Origin: Parasitella parasitica NRRL 2501
Lineage: Eukaryota; Fungi; Mucoromycota
Assembly: GCA_025201805.1 (NCBI GenBank)
Contig: MU619240.1
Span: 367,295 to 431,294 of the forward strand
Length of the DNA stretch: 64,000 bases
Direction: 5' to 3'
The notes beneath the pieces were generated by a model. The model was not told the origin of the DNA. It ran no database searches and saw nothing but the letters and a program-made list of their open reading frames with translations. Below, in pieces: positions 25,792 through 39,101 of the stretch (positions within the stretch are counted from its first letter, which is position 1; every line of letters begins with the position of its first letter). The position numbers were made by a program, and so were the translations under genes.

Positions 25792-27295
25792 TTAGTATTT
25801 GATTTTCTTTGGATCAGTGTTCTCGTCCTGCTGCTCGTTGTCGACGGCTGCCTTTTGTCTTTTCAGGTCAGAAGCAGAAGGAGGAATATAAGAGCTTCTG
25901 TGGCGACCCAACTTGGGCGGGATTTTCCAGAAGTATTGCTTATCTTTCAAGGTGCATTTACGAGCACTGCGCCCAACTTGAGTGTATGTTGCACGACGCC
26001 ATTCAACAGGATCCAACTCGCTGTTGTAGTAATACAAGTTTTCTGTAGGTGATCCATCAGCTGTTTTACCTTTGCGTTGAATCTCACCAAAGAAAGGCTT
26101 TTCTTTCAAAACAGAGCTGATGCGTTCAATCCAAACCTCGCGAGGTTGTTTGGCGTAAACTGGATTGGCTTTCAGAATGCGAGAGCAAATATCACTGATA
26201 GGCATTGATGATGTTCGAGAAAAGACTACAATAAACTTGTATCAATACGGTAGCTGATCAAGATAACCCCATTTTACCTAGCGCATCAATGATAACTTCA
26301 GCGTAATCATTTCCGTCTTCCTGGAGATGCTGTTTCTTTTTCTCTTGGAGAATCAGGGCCTTCTTCTTTTCTTCTCTCTTGAGAGCTCTGCGGATTTCCT
26401 TCTTGGTCAGCTTCTTCTGGGCAAGCTTTTCTTCTTTGCTTGATTGGATAATCCCTTCTTTAGTATCTTGTTCCACATTAATCTCAGGCGATAGTTCTTT
26501 TTCAACTGGAGAAAGGGTTTCATCTGGCATTGTTTCAGACAAGAGGGCCTCTTCTTCTTTTTGAGTCTCTGGCTCGTTTAAAGCTACTCTTACTTTTTCT
26601 TCAACATGGTCAAGAGGCGAAATATGAACAGCGTCTATCTTGGCAGGAGCTGACACTGCTGTTTCTTCAATTGATATTTCTTCCTCTATTTCCTCACATT
26701 GTTGTTCTGCTTCGGGTGACATGTCTCTGAAGAAATCAATATTCTTTCGAATAAAGACTGGGCTTGCTTCATTTTGTTGTTGGTGCTGTTGTTTTAATTT
26801 ATCAGTAAAATCGATGGAAGAGACTGGAGGTGGCATTTTAAAACGGAATTGGTCACCGATAACATCTACAAAGCTGTCGTCTTCAAGAGGAGCGACGGCA
26901 TGTTGTTCATATAGGACATTGTCGACATAAGCTCCATTTAATCCTACAACTGTCAATTCAAATTGTTCTTTTTGAGAATTGAAAGCAATCGAAACGTGAA
27001 TACGGCTAATTTGTCTGTTGCGGCGACCGATTTTTATTGTGCAAGCTCCTCCGCGACCTAGAGTAATGGGTTCTTTATGAGAACCCACAACAACAAGATT
27101 TTGCTGGCGTAAAATTTGATCTAATGACGATGAAGAGTGCAAATTTGATGTAGGACGAAGGTCATCAGAATTCGTACTGTATTTCTCTACATAATCAGGA
27201 CTATCAGGCAAAACGTGCTGGCTACTAGGAGCACGTTTAGGGCTTAAAACTGAGGCAGAGGCCCAAATGTTGGTTGTTGATTCGTTGGTTGCCAT
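25792..27295 (-). CDS. FHA-domain protein, Tos4/Plm2-like, 2 exons
   Basis: FHA motifs LGRG...ISRIH...GLNG; C-terminal IQRKGKTADG...YYYNSELD...KQYFWK. Confidence 0.8.
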
Positions 27296-28787
27296 GACTA
27301 TTGAAAGAAGGCAGTTAGACGCATTTTATACGTTCATAAGACCAGTTTATCTTACATCGCAATGTTTTTGTTTAACACAGAAACAAAGAAAAGAATAAAA
27401 TATTTTCAACACCCATCTCGTGTAGATATGAGCGCGTTTTGCCATCTTTGAAGCCGACCCAATCATCTCGAACCAGTCAACGTGATTGATTCAAATCAAG
27501 TATACATGTTTGAATGAGAAAAGATGAAACCTGTTGTGAGGTCCACTTTCATTTTATTCTGACAGCACCAAAATTCATTTCTTACCTCATTTCGAAAAAG
27601 TAGCTCTTTTAACCTTGAAAATTTTGAAGTCTGTGCGAATTCTATAACGCACCAAAGGACTGACGATATCCATGAAAATTTACCTTCAGTGAACGTAATT
27701 AGGACTACTATAGCAGCTTCACTTACTATCTACTTTATCACAAGGTAATAGCATTTACATTAATATAAAACTGAATCGAAATGATCTGAACCAGATTTTC
27801 ATTTGCAGGATCGTACAATTGAATCCACCACATTTCATCCATCCTCGAAACTAATGGCTTATTGAGAAAGAAGAAACAATTGGACTAATTTGTTGAATCA
27901 GAGTCTAGTATACATATATAATACTACTAGAAGTATAAAGACGAACTTTATAAGTTTGATTAAAGGTTTGATACTATCTACTTGCAAAATTTAGAGCTCG
28001 CCAAAGACTCATAGGTTACAGAATCTTTCACAATATCTCGACACTAGAGATAAATTTCGACAACAATGAGGTTCAGCAAAGGTAGTGTCATAAGCCTGTC
28101 ATCTATAATTATATTGACATCCCGTAAATACTTTACAATTACTCGTTTATGTCTTGTATCCAAAAGTTTAGTTTATGCGAGACATTTTAATATATATATA
28201 TATATATAATATTAACGATTACAAATTATGCCCCTTTTTATAAGCAGGGAGAAAGACAATGGTTTAGATTGTGTAGCATTTATTTTAACCGGTACTGAAC
28301 TGCATGCTAGTAGCTTTTAAGAAACATTATGTAGTATTTGTTATAGATCAGCATAAACTTAGCTATCACTGCAGTAACTTTGAAAGATTTGCGAAGATAA
28401 AAAATAAATAGTAAAAAATAAAAGCATTGTAAAAATCACAATTATAATCAAGTTTGGGGCTCTTTATATAAAAGTATTCAGAGGTTTTATCTAGAGAAAA
28501 AATCAGTATTTAAAGGATTTGGATCGTCGTATGTCAGTTCTCATGAATGGAGCATTGATCTGAGAGTCAATGCGTTAATTTGTCGTTGTTTAATCTAGAA
28601 GTAAATCATGTTGAAATGCTTTTTTTTACCATTGATACAGGTTTGCGTAACATTAGTTCGCCATGTGAGAATGGCTATTGTCATATTTTAGTTATTCTGT
28701 GAAAGGCATCCTTATCTAGAATGATGGGAAAAACTCATTGAATGACGAGCTGCCATACTTGATATCTTTGTCATTATTTATTCTGAA

Positions 28788-28998
28788 TGTTATATCAATA
28801 ACATGGCAAGGTCTCACATCAGGATCTCAGATCAGTCCCAGGGTCTTACAGTAAATCATGGGTAGTCATGATTTACATTATGCAGCTAGACAGTAGAACC
28901 CTAGTGTAATGAATGTGTATATAATACATCGAGAGATGTATAATGAATAAAGGTGTAATTCTTTGGCAGATTTATTTTATCAGACTTTTGACATAACA
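28788..28998 (+). mobile_element. 211-bp solo LTR with perfect 5-bp TSD
   Basis: TGTTAT...ATAACA termini, CTGAA on both sides (28783-28787, 28999-29003), internal TATA-like tract and AATAAA. Confidence 0.85.
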
Positions 28999-29196
28999 CT
29001 GAATGTTTATTGTGTAAGGGAAGGCACTTTAGTCAGGAATGTTTTCCTTCACACAACATTCATTGATAAAATTTTAAATTGTCTTTGTAACGCGTTTTGA
29101 TCTATATGGCTTTATATGTTATGCAAACTCGAATGGCATTAATTGACAATGCGTGATATTTGAGTCTTAATTTTCCAGTTATACGCTTATAGCTAC

Positions 29197-29612
29197 TGTT
29201 TAGAATAACAAAATACAAACAGAAAAAATACAATTAGAACTGAATACATTTATTTTGTTATTCCAAGATTGAGTGAGGATTTGAACTAGTGTATATTTTG
29301 AAGGTGTCTACAATTATTTGACAGTGCCGCAGCAATAGGACCATGATCTAGGATGAGGGATAATTAGGTACGCTTTAAACCAATTCCTAGAAGCTTGGTG
29401 GATAAGAGTTTCCATATTACCAGTAAGACGAGAGCACAGAAACGTATAAAGGATATAATGTTCCTCCGAGTAGCTTCAATGCAAGAGCATTCATCAGGAT
29501 TTAACACCGATTTCAGGAACCAAATGTCATAGGATATCCCCACTTTGCACTAGGATAAAGGTCAGTCATTCAATGGCACCACTCATGTCTCTTTGCCATG
29601 TCTGAATAAAGT
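29197..29612 (-). mobile_element. LTR family A, diverged truncated copy
   Basis: Aligns to 36769-37185 (tgtttagaataacaaaa...gacagtgccgcagcaataggaccatgatctagg...tgtctctttgccatgtc). Confidence 0.85.
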
Positions 29613-30255
29613 ACATTATCATAAGATCTTCTATCTTCCATGATTATGGCAGATCAGGCCTAGTAGTATATTATCATATACTACTTGGGTTGGTTAGAGA
29701 TGGCCATTCATCAGGACAATAGAATAAATCTGATGTATCAATTCTAAAACCGGATGTCAATATAATATAAACTCATACTGAAGAGTAAAACATCAGATCA
29801 TAAAATAATATGACATGACATTTGGATAGATACAATCTACCCTATATCGAGGATCTCATCACTAAAACCTGATTAATTTCTATTTGAACTTTTCTGATAA
29901 ATCAAAATCTATTGTAGCTATCCTAATCTTACCTAATTGTGAATACTATTGACGTTGTTGATCTAGCGGTGGATCAAGAACGGCATTTTAAATATGTTTT
30001 TATTCATGCGATTAGGAAGGCTTTCTTTGTTTGATGAATTGTTCCTTTTTAGGATTTGGTTTGTGGCACAACATGCTATTTTGGCATTTGCCAATTTCTA
30101 TCTCTGCTATTTGTATATCTTTGTTGTCACAGCTACTATTATTGGGAAGATGACAATATTTTATTATGGGAATCTAGTCTAGTCCACTACAACATCGATG
30201 CTGATTGAAAGAATGGTAATATTTGCTGGGTTAAAAAAGATGATAAAAAACCAAA

Positions 30256-30452
30256 TGTTAACGAGATACGAAAACTTAAAGATACTTTATTTAAGATCGG
30301 AATTGCATCTGCTATTTATACTTTATACAACTACATAAATTTATGGAGACTTATTTAGATTACTAATTGACAAGACTAATTCACAGTGGCAATCTACTTG
30401 ACAGGGTACGATATGAGGTTATACAGCAAGGGCTACACGTCTTTGATCTGAC
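30256..30452 (-). mobile_element. Short LTR-like repeat family B, copy 1
   Basis: Reverse complement of the 35550-35748 and 41812-42020 copies. Confidence 0.75.
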
Positions 30453-30760
30453 TGATTTATCAGATTGAGAAATTATTCAAATAGAACGGTTGTGAATTTA
30501 TCAGGTAAAGATCTCGTTTATTACATGGAAAAAATGATGGTTTATATACTAGTGAATCTAAGCGGACTGATGGGAGGATAAGATACAAGTGTGAGACATG
30601 GTGTGATTTAGAGAATGGAACGATAGATTGTATCTATTGTCCATGAACATGTCATGTTGAGTTAGAAATAAGGAACATGATCCTTTGGGATATGTTCCTG
30701 CATTGTGTTCAGGATTGAGTTTAATTGAGTTTGACTTCCGGTTGGGAAATTCACACATCA
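30451..30760. repeat. About 310-bp direct repeat, copy 1 (copy 2 at about 32249-32571)
   Basis: Shared gagaaattattcaaata...catggaaaaaatgatgg...gattgtatctattgtccatgaacatgtcatgttgagtt. Confidence 0.9.
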
Positions 30761-32248
30761 ATGCTCATTGCTTATGTTCAAATAAAGTGGTAAGATGATT
30801 ATGTATTTTTTAATTCTGTTTTTTTTTTTTTTTTTNNNNNNNNNNNNNNNNNNNNNNNNNNNNNNNNNNNNNNNNNNNNNNNNNNNNNNNNNNNNNNNNN
30901 NNNNNNNNNNNNNNNNNNNNNNNNNNNNNNNNNNNNNNNNNNNNNNNNNNNNNNNNNNNNNNNNNNNNNNNNNNNNNNNNNNNNNNNNNNNNNNNNNNNN
31001 NNNNNNNNNNNNNNNNNNNNNNNNNNNNNNNNNNNNNNNNNNNNNNNNNNNNNNNNNNNNNNNNNNNNNNNNNNNNNNNNNNNNNNNNNNNNNNNNNNNN
31101 NNNNNNNNNNNNNNNNNNNNNNNNNNNNNNNNNNNNNNNNNNNNNNNNNNNNNNNNNNNNNNNNNNNNNNNNNNNNNNNNNNNNNNNNNNNNNNNNNNNN
31201 NNNNNNNNNNNNNNNNNNNNNNNNNNNNNNNNNNNNNNNNNNNNNNNNNNNNNNNNNNNNNNNNNNNNNNNNNNNNNNNNNNNNNNNNNNNNNNNNNNNN
31301 NNNNNNNNNNNNNNNNNNNNNNNNNNNNNNNNNNNNNNNNNNNNNNNNNNNNNNNNNNNNNNNNNAAAAAAAATCGACTTTACCCAGAGTCAAAGAGGTA
31401 CAACGTATAATACCAGCAATAATGAACGCGTTTGAATTGTAGATAATCAAGTATAAGAATATGTAGTAGTAAGAAAATACTGTAATAGAAGTAGAGAAGC
31501 AGCAAAAAAGGAGGCGTCGCCAATTTTTTAATACGCCTGTGACCGTATTTTTGCGTAAACAGTAAATGCATGCAATACATTAAACAATGTTTAGTGACTA
31601 AACTAAGGGTAAAACTATAATCTGGTGCACCAAAACTAAATGACAAGATAGACCTGATGTTGTGAAATATGATACATTTTACGTTTTAAAAATTGGTTGC
31701 TTGGATGAAAAGTTAGTTCAATTTAAAGTCTAGACGAAAAGAGTACAAAATGGGAAAAACAGTTATATCAAGTCTCATAGTTCTTCCCCAGACTTTTAGT
31801 TATGACAGCCAAATTCGAATGCATTGTAGCATTCGAATGGTGTAATATAATTGACACCTGGGTTCTATCTCGTGTCTGTACACTGCTCAATACAAACAAG
31901 GGAAATTGAGAAATCTGCGACTTACAGCAGCATCAATTTAAAGATATTACAGTTTTAAGGTATGTTGTGCTTTTCATTGGTATTGTATTCAAAATATAGA
32001 GATTCTGATATATCTTTTAGTATTAATTCCTGAAAAGAGAGATGATTCCATGCTGATATTGTCATGGTATAGTTACCAGTTATACCTCCAAAGCCTTTTT
32101 GATTGAGCACGCGGCTGAATTTAAAAAAGCGAGCACATTTATTGTTGTAAATTGTTTAGTTTGCCAAAAAAAAAAAAAACAAAAAACATTTTGTAAGCTT
32201 TTTGTTTGCATGTTTAGAGTCTCCTCCAAGCATAATATACATCGACAA

Positions 32249-32571
32249 ACTGATTAATTTCTCAGAACGAGAAATTATTCAAATAAAACGGTTGTATAAA
32301 TTAATCAGGTAAAGATATCTCCTTTATTGCATGGAAAAAATGATGGTTTGTATACTATGGAATCTAAGTAGACTGATGGGGGGATAAGGTATAAGTGTGA
32401 TTCATGGTGTATTTAGAGAAAATGTGACGATTGTATCTATTGTCCATGAACATGTCATGTTGAGTTATAAATAATAAGAAGGGACATGATGATCCATTGG
32501 GATAAGTTCCTGAATCGTGTTTAGGATTGTGTTTACTAAAGTTTGACTTTTGGTTGTGAAATTGACACATC
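32249..32571. repeat. About 310-bp direct repeat, copy 2
   Basis: Matches 30451-30760. Confidence 0.9.
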
Positions 32572-33289
32572 ACTGATACAAGAACTGGTGCTCTATCTAA
32601 CTATGAAAAGATTAAATTAAATTGTATTGAAAAATTAATGGATTAAACAGAGAAACCAAAATTTTGTTTTTTAGGCCAAGACGTCTGATTTTTAAAGTTT
32701 AATGTACGAACAAAAATTGTAGATAACATATACTACTTCTAAAGCTAATAGATAATAGATAATATATAATAGTATATCCTCTAGGTTTTTCCAGCAGTGT
32801 CTTTACACTTTAACTAAATATTTGTTTAGTTCATTCATCGAGTGAAGCAAATACAACAATATCTCTAATAACAAATGTTTCGTCGTGAGTATGTTGCGTA
32901 TCAAACGCTTTCTGGCCCTAATAACACAGATCGAGTTGTTCTTGAATTAGAATTTAATAAAACGATCCCTCCGATTATTATTATATTTTTAGTTAAGGGA
33001 ACATCTTCGCGTATAATTTGGAATGGGCTCTCTTTAAATAAAATGGAAGATCATGTCTGTTTTCCCAACATACTGTAAAGGGGGGGGGAGCTTTAGCAAA
33101 ATGTTGTATAATATAATAAACTTGTTATTTTAACATGATAAAGAATTTCTGAGAATAAAACCAGATGCAAAATCGGAGACTTTTCTTGACATAAAAGATA
33201 TAACTTCTATTCATACTAAGACTATAATACCTTGGTCAATATTTATCTACATAACTTGCAATAGGCCAATATGCTTTTTATTAAATAAG

Positions 33290-33740
33290 CAAAATCTTGT
33301 TTTGACAGTATCTGGATAGCAAAGATAGATATCGTGAATCCAAAGACATAGTGAGATAAAGTTAGTGTACTGATATTAGGATATGGTCTGAACTTGAACC
33401 CCAAATCCGTACCTAAAAATAACCCTGAAGAAAGACCCAAAGTTGAAAACTGAAAAAATCGAATATGAGGTTTGGGACATACTGTACATGAGACTCGGAG
33501 ATGTTGTAGAATAGTGTAAAGGTAAAATATTTTGGCTAAAGGTTACATCTTTATTGCTTAATAGTTTTTAAAGTTATTAGAGATTGCAAATTAAGCCTTT
33601 AAGCGGGGAAAAAAGGTAATATTTCAGATTTGGTGGTATTCCTTTTTTCATCCAAAAATGAAAGTGAGTATAAAAATGGTTTCGGAGTCAATAGTATTCA
33701 GTATCCCGGCTATCGATTCATATTAAGACATACCCAAGTT
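33290..33740. repeat. About 450-bp repeat family D, copy 1 (others at about 34750-35220 and 42600-42830)
   Basis: Shared cccaaatccgtacctaaaaat.accctgaag...acccaaagttgaaaactgaaaa...gaatatgaggtttggg...agattgcaaatt...taagcgggg. Confidence 0.85.
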
Positions 33741-34749
33741 ATCTATTATAGAGTTGTGCTTTGTCCTCAGTTCATAATAGGCGGAGCACTCATTTACAGC
33801 GAAAAACAAAAAAGGCTGTAGATTGAATCTCAGCATTGTGTGTCCATTTGGCTCAAACCAAATTCGAGCTTTTTTTTGGATAGTTCATTGCTAGATATCT
33901 CAAGAACATAATAGGTATATCGAATATGCGTAATAAGTGATTCATGACAGAAAGTAAATTCTGCATCCAACCATATAGATTACAAGGCTATTAAAACACT
34001 TTTTCTTATTACCAATTTTCAAATAATTAAAAAACGCCATTTTTGATAGTTTTGGAGTAAAATCAAGCATATTTTGAGCACATTCAGCTCTATAAAGTTG
34101 ACCAAACAAACAATCATGTCAATACCTACACATCAATATCTTGTTCACAACTGTGGCTTTATTTCTTCTGCCAAAAATCAAAATCTTGTCTCAACTAAAA
34201 TGAATCTACGATTTTCCGGTCCTATATTTAGAGGGTCAAAATGAAGCCATTCAAAAGGGTAAAAATTGATTCCGTTTTTCAAGATTTTCTCGCTCAAAAA
34301 TTGGTATTATTTGACCAAACAGGAATTGTTTTGTAGCTATTTTGTAGCTTGATGTTTGCATTAATATATTTTGTATTTTTAAATATCATTTATTGCTTTG
34401 AAAGTTTTGAAAATAAATCAAGCCTCTGCTAAAAACACATAAAAAAAAATTTTTTTTGGCATATCTATCTAAAACTGATACAACGAGTAGAGAACTAAGT
34501 TTTAAACAGATTTTAGTAATTACTCAAGCCAAAGTGTCTTAGTGGTTTATTGAGAAACTGGGAGACAAAGTTTAACGTAAAAAGACAAAGTTGGCTGAAG
34601 CTTATCGAACTTGAGCTTGACTACGACATCTTTAATATCAGCAGGTGTAAAAAAACGTGCTTTATTACTTTACTTAGAGGCTTAAATATGGTTTAGTTGC
34701 AAAATATGGTACTTGTTATAGGATCATATGCTGTAAAATTTGTGAAATC

Positions 34750-35220
34750 TGCAAAATCTGGTTTTGGCAATATCTCGACAGCAAAAAAAAATATCGAGAA
34801 TCGGAAGACGTAGTGAGGTACAGTTATTATACTAGTACTTGGATGCATTCTTAGTTTAGACCCCAAATCCGTACCTAAAAATGACCCTGAAGGTTGACCC
34901 AAAGTTGAAAACTGAAAATGGAATATGAGGTTTGGGGTCCAAACATAGCAAAATCTGAAAAATGGTCAGAGATACATGGGACTCGGGCATGTTGTAAAAT
35001 GCTGCAAAAAAAAAAGATTTTTGCTGAAGGTTGTGTCTCTATCGCTTAATAATTTGTAAAGATATCAGAGATTGCAAATTTGGCCATTAAGCGGGGGAAA
35101 AGGTGATGGTCATAATTAAGTGGCATTTATTTTAGCCAAAACATAAAGATACATAAAAATAACTATTAAAGTCATATTTTACAGCATCCTGGCTATTGAT
35201 TCATATTTTTACATAACCAG
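34750..35220. repeat. Repeat family D, copy 2
   Basis: Matches 33290-33740. Confidence 0.85.
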
Positions 35221-35549
35221 AGTGCTTATAGAGTTAATATTTTACTCCCAAATTGAAATACAAGGTCCTTCATTGCTAAGGGTCCATATTAGCATTGGTA
35301 AATTCAAGCTCAGAAATGTGTTGCCGCTGCAACTTGTTCACATCCCCAATTTTTATGTCTTAATTGATTTGCCATAATTCTATAAATAGGAGATCATGGC
35401 ATTCTACTTCAATAGAAGACTGAAGATTGTCAAATGACCTGACGTTATATGCTTGTATAAATTGGAGAATAAAGTTTCTTTTTCAAATCAAAAAAGTGAT
35501 TCCTGTTATAACACGGTTTTGTAGAGCACCAGGCTAAAGGTGAAGGCAC

Positions 35550-35748
35550 TGTCAGATTAAAGACCTGTAGCCCTTGTTGCATAACCTAACTACATCGTAC
35601 CCTGTCAAGGAGATTGTCACTGTGAGTTAGTCTTGTCAATCAGTAGTCTAAACTAGTCACCACAAATTTATGTAGTTGTAAAAGGTATAGATAGCAGATT
35701 CTATTTCGATCTTAAATGAAGTATCTTTAAGTTTTCGTACCTCGTTAC
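35550..35748 (+). mobile_element. Short LTR-like repeat family B, copy 2
   Basis: Starts TGTCAG; contains catcgtaccctg and aagttttcgta.ctcgtta; followed by a TGG-starting PBS-like tract. Confidence 0.75.
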
Positions 35749-36335
35749 TCTTTGGTTTTCCACGATGGCCTCGCCGATGTTCTCATGAGAATATAGATGT
35801 GCATGAACGGGAACATATTTAAGAGCCAAAAAAAGTGCTTATCGACCTAGGTTAATGTAATGCAATGTAGAAACTAATTTGTTGTTGTGCTAGTGTCAAA
35901 GGGCGCAGCATAATTTTATGTAAATATGATTTGTATAAAGTAATAAAGACTTTTCTGAATAAAAGCAGATACAAAACTGAAGACTTTTGATTGACATAAG
36001 ATATGATCTCTATTTATACTAAAATATATCCCAATCAATGTTTATCCACATAAAATCTGATGTTTGACAAGAAGTGTCAAACCTTATTAAATCACAGCAT
36101 TTCCAGGACAGACCTATCTTTCTTTTATTTTACATTAAAGAGAAGATTGGGTAGGATGTCTTCCCGACATCCCGCGATCTGATCTAGATGTATTCTTTGA
36201 ATAAGCCTGGAACCTTGCAAGAGGTCCAATTACAACTTGTAGCTTATTCCTTATTTGTAAAAAAAGAATAACCAACAATTAATATCATGATCCGTGCATT
36301 ATGACTAAGTTAGATATGGCATATGTAGCCTTTAT

Positions 36336-38833
36336 ATGGATACAACAACATGCATTATACACCTACCAAAGAAAGACGACTTATGCAACCTGGCTAATTG
36401 GCGGCCAATCTCTTTGATTAATACCGATTGCAAAGTTTTTACTAGAATCCTTAATGCTCGAGTGATCGGTGCGGCTAACAGGGTCATCACTCATCATCAG
36501 GCTGGATTTATGCCCAATCGATTTATTGGTGACCATGGTCTTGCTCTGAAATTGCTCATGGAAGATGCTAAATTACACTCTAATCAAGCCGTTGGCGTAG
36601 CTATTGATAGTGCCAAAGCATATGACTATGTTAACGAGACCTATATTTGTAAAGTCCTTAGCAAATTTGGCTTCCCTTCAACATTTATCACGAGTATTCG
36701 TAATTTGTTTTTCAAGAACAAAATTGTGGTTAATATGAATGGCTTTATGACTGATAGCGTATTGTAGCTGTTTACAATAACAAAATATAGCCAGAAAAAT
36801 ACAATTAGAACTGAATATATTTATTTTGCTATTCCAAGATTGAATGCAGATTTAACTATAGTGTATGTTTTGAAGGTATTTATAGTTATTTGACAGTGCC
36901 GCAGCAATAGGACCATGATCTAGGATGAGGGATAATTGGGTACACCTTGAACCAATCCCTAGGAGCTTGGTGGATAAGAGTTTCCGAGTTACCAGTAAGA
37001 CAAGAGCATAGATACGTATAAAGGATAGAATGTTGTTCCTGGTAGCTTTGATGGAAGAACATTCATCAGGATTAAACACCGACCTCAGGAACCAAATGTC
37101 ATAGGATATCACCACTTGGTACTGGGATAAAGATCCGCCATTCAAAGGCACCACTTATGTCTCTTTGCCATGTCTAAATAAAGTCATTCCATTCTACTAC
37201 GCATTTCTACTCATGCTCGCTTTATGATGTATTATACAGAGTATAATACATTACCGCTAAGATTTGATCTGTATCCTAAACAGCAGCAACGCGGACTTCG
37301 CCAGGGTGATTCTATCTCGCCGGTGCTCTTAAATTTCGCGTTAGAGCCCCTGCTTTTGGCTATCATTAATGATAGAAACATCAAAGGTTATACAATAGGT
37401 ACGAAGACCATAGGTACTAACATGTCAGTACAGTTGGTAGCGCCTCGACCTATCAAACTACTGGCATATGCTGATGACTTGCTAGTTCTGGTCAACCACA
37501 GTGAGGAATTACAGGTAATCCAGGATCATATCTCTTGCTATGGTCGAGCGTCTAATGCTCGGGTTAACTATCACAAGTCCGTCGCATTCCCTATATCAGG
37601 TGATAAATCTAAGGTTCGTCCTGACCTTTTCCGTCTTGTTGGTAGACTCCATTTTCAATGGTTTGATTCCAGATCTCCTTCTTACACCAAATACTTTGGT
37701 TATCCAATCTGGTTTAACAATGATCAGCGGGATACTTTTTGTCGAGAAACGCTGCTAAACCTACAGGCTTCCCTTGACAAACATATGACACGAAGCGTTT
37801 CGGTGTATGGTAGAGCTCGCATGGCTAACTCTCTCTTTCTATCTCGGTTTTGGCACCTGTTGCGAATCACTACCTTACCAACTAGTTTCTTCAAGAAGAT
37901 ATCTTCCATGATATATCAATTTGTTTGTTATAAGATCTTCCCGCCATTAAAGAAGAACATTATATACTCTCCAAAGGCGCAGGGTGTACTATCCATTATT
38001 GATATTACTGTACAACAACACATCTTACAACAACGCTATGTTCGTGCCCTGCTTTTAGATAATCAGGTTAATCAACCGACTCCTCCTTTCTTACTAGAGA
38101 CATTGTCCACGTTTATTCAAGTGACCTACGGGACTCCTTACCCTCAGCTGCCAATTTTGTTTTGAAACTATCGTTTGGGTTCTCGTCTATCCGGTCTACA
38201 CTGTTTGCTTCCTCTCTTTCGGTCCGTCGATGCCTTCTTCGTTGAAGAATCTTGGGATACATGTCAATTATCAATGGACACGCTGCTACATCTACCGCTG
38301 ACATCACTATGCCACCAGGACACTACAGACCCCAGTATTACTCATCATAATCTGATCCGTAGAAAACCGGTACAAGCATTTTTCGAACCAATTCGCCTTC
38401 GGGAGTCAGTTGTTTTTACGCCAAAAGTCAACAGCCCTCACCCTGTACTCCTCAAGAAGCTTAAGCAGGCTGTAAGCTCAGCTGCTCTCACCTTTACACC
38501 AATGCTCAACATATGTTTATCTCCTCCGTCTGGACCTGCTCTCCCGGCTTCATCTGCGGGTGGCGTCGATTTTACTCCTTACCTCTCTCACAAACTTAAC
38601 TACCAAAGTATAGCGGTCTTGTCCATGACTAATACTCAGCTTTGTGCGATGTATATGCGAGATCGCCCCCCCCCAATTGCCCGACCACACGTTGATTTGA
38701 ATCGATTCACAATGGCCTCTTTTCTTCACAACAAAATGCCTAGTGCAGCTCGTAACTTATGGTTTCGTCTGATCCACAACAAAGTCTCTTCCAAAGCCAA
38801 CATAGTCAATATTCTTCGTTTGACTGATGAAAT
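36336..38833 (+). mobile_element. 5'-truncated L1-like LINE relic (RT region), interrupted by LTR insertions
   Basis: NWRPISLINTDCKVFT, IDSAKAYD, GLRQGDSISP, AYADDL and RASNARVNYHKS. It is related to, but distinct from, the 5286-10877 element. Confidence 0.9.
36769..37282 (-). mobile_element. 514-bp solo LTR (family A) inserted in the LINE RT
   Basis: TGTTTA...TAAACA termini and TSD gtagc/gcagc. Removing the LTR and one TSD copy restores V-L-Q-Q-R-G-L-R-Q-G-D. TATAAATA and AATAAA lie on the minus strand. Confidence 0.92.
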
Positions 38834-39101
38834 TGTTTAGGATACAGATCAAATCTTAGCGGTAATGTATTATACTCTGTATAATACATCATAAAGCGAG
38901 CATGAGTAGAAATGCGTAGTAGAATGGAATGACTTTATTTAGACAAGGCAAAGAGACATAAGTGGTAACATTGAATGGCGAATCTTTATCCCAGTACAAA
39001 GTGGTGATATCCTATGACATTTGGTTCCTGAGGTCGGTGTTTAATCCTGATGAATGTTCTTCCATCAAAGCTACCAGGAACAACATTCTATCCTTTATAC
39101 G
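38834..39101 (+). mobile_element. LTR family A copy in the opposite orientation, running into the assembly gap
   Basis: Near-identical reverse complement of about 37015-37282 (tgtttaggatacagatc...). Confidence 0.9.

Noticed and set aside
27420-27445. MCB/SCB cell-cycle element upstream of the Tos4-like gene
   Set aside because: Only a single imperfect CGCG site; insufficient support.
30758-31450. Long ORFs spanning gap 1
   Set aside because: Artefacts of translating N runs.
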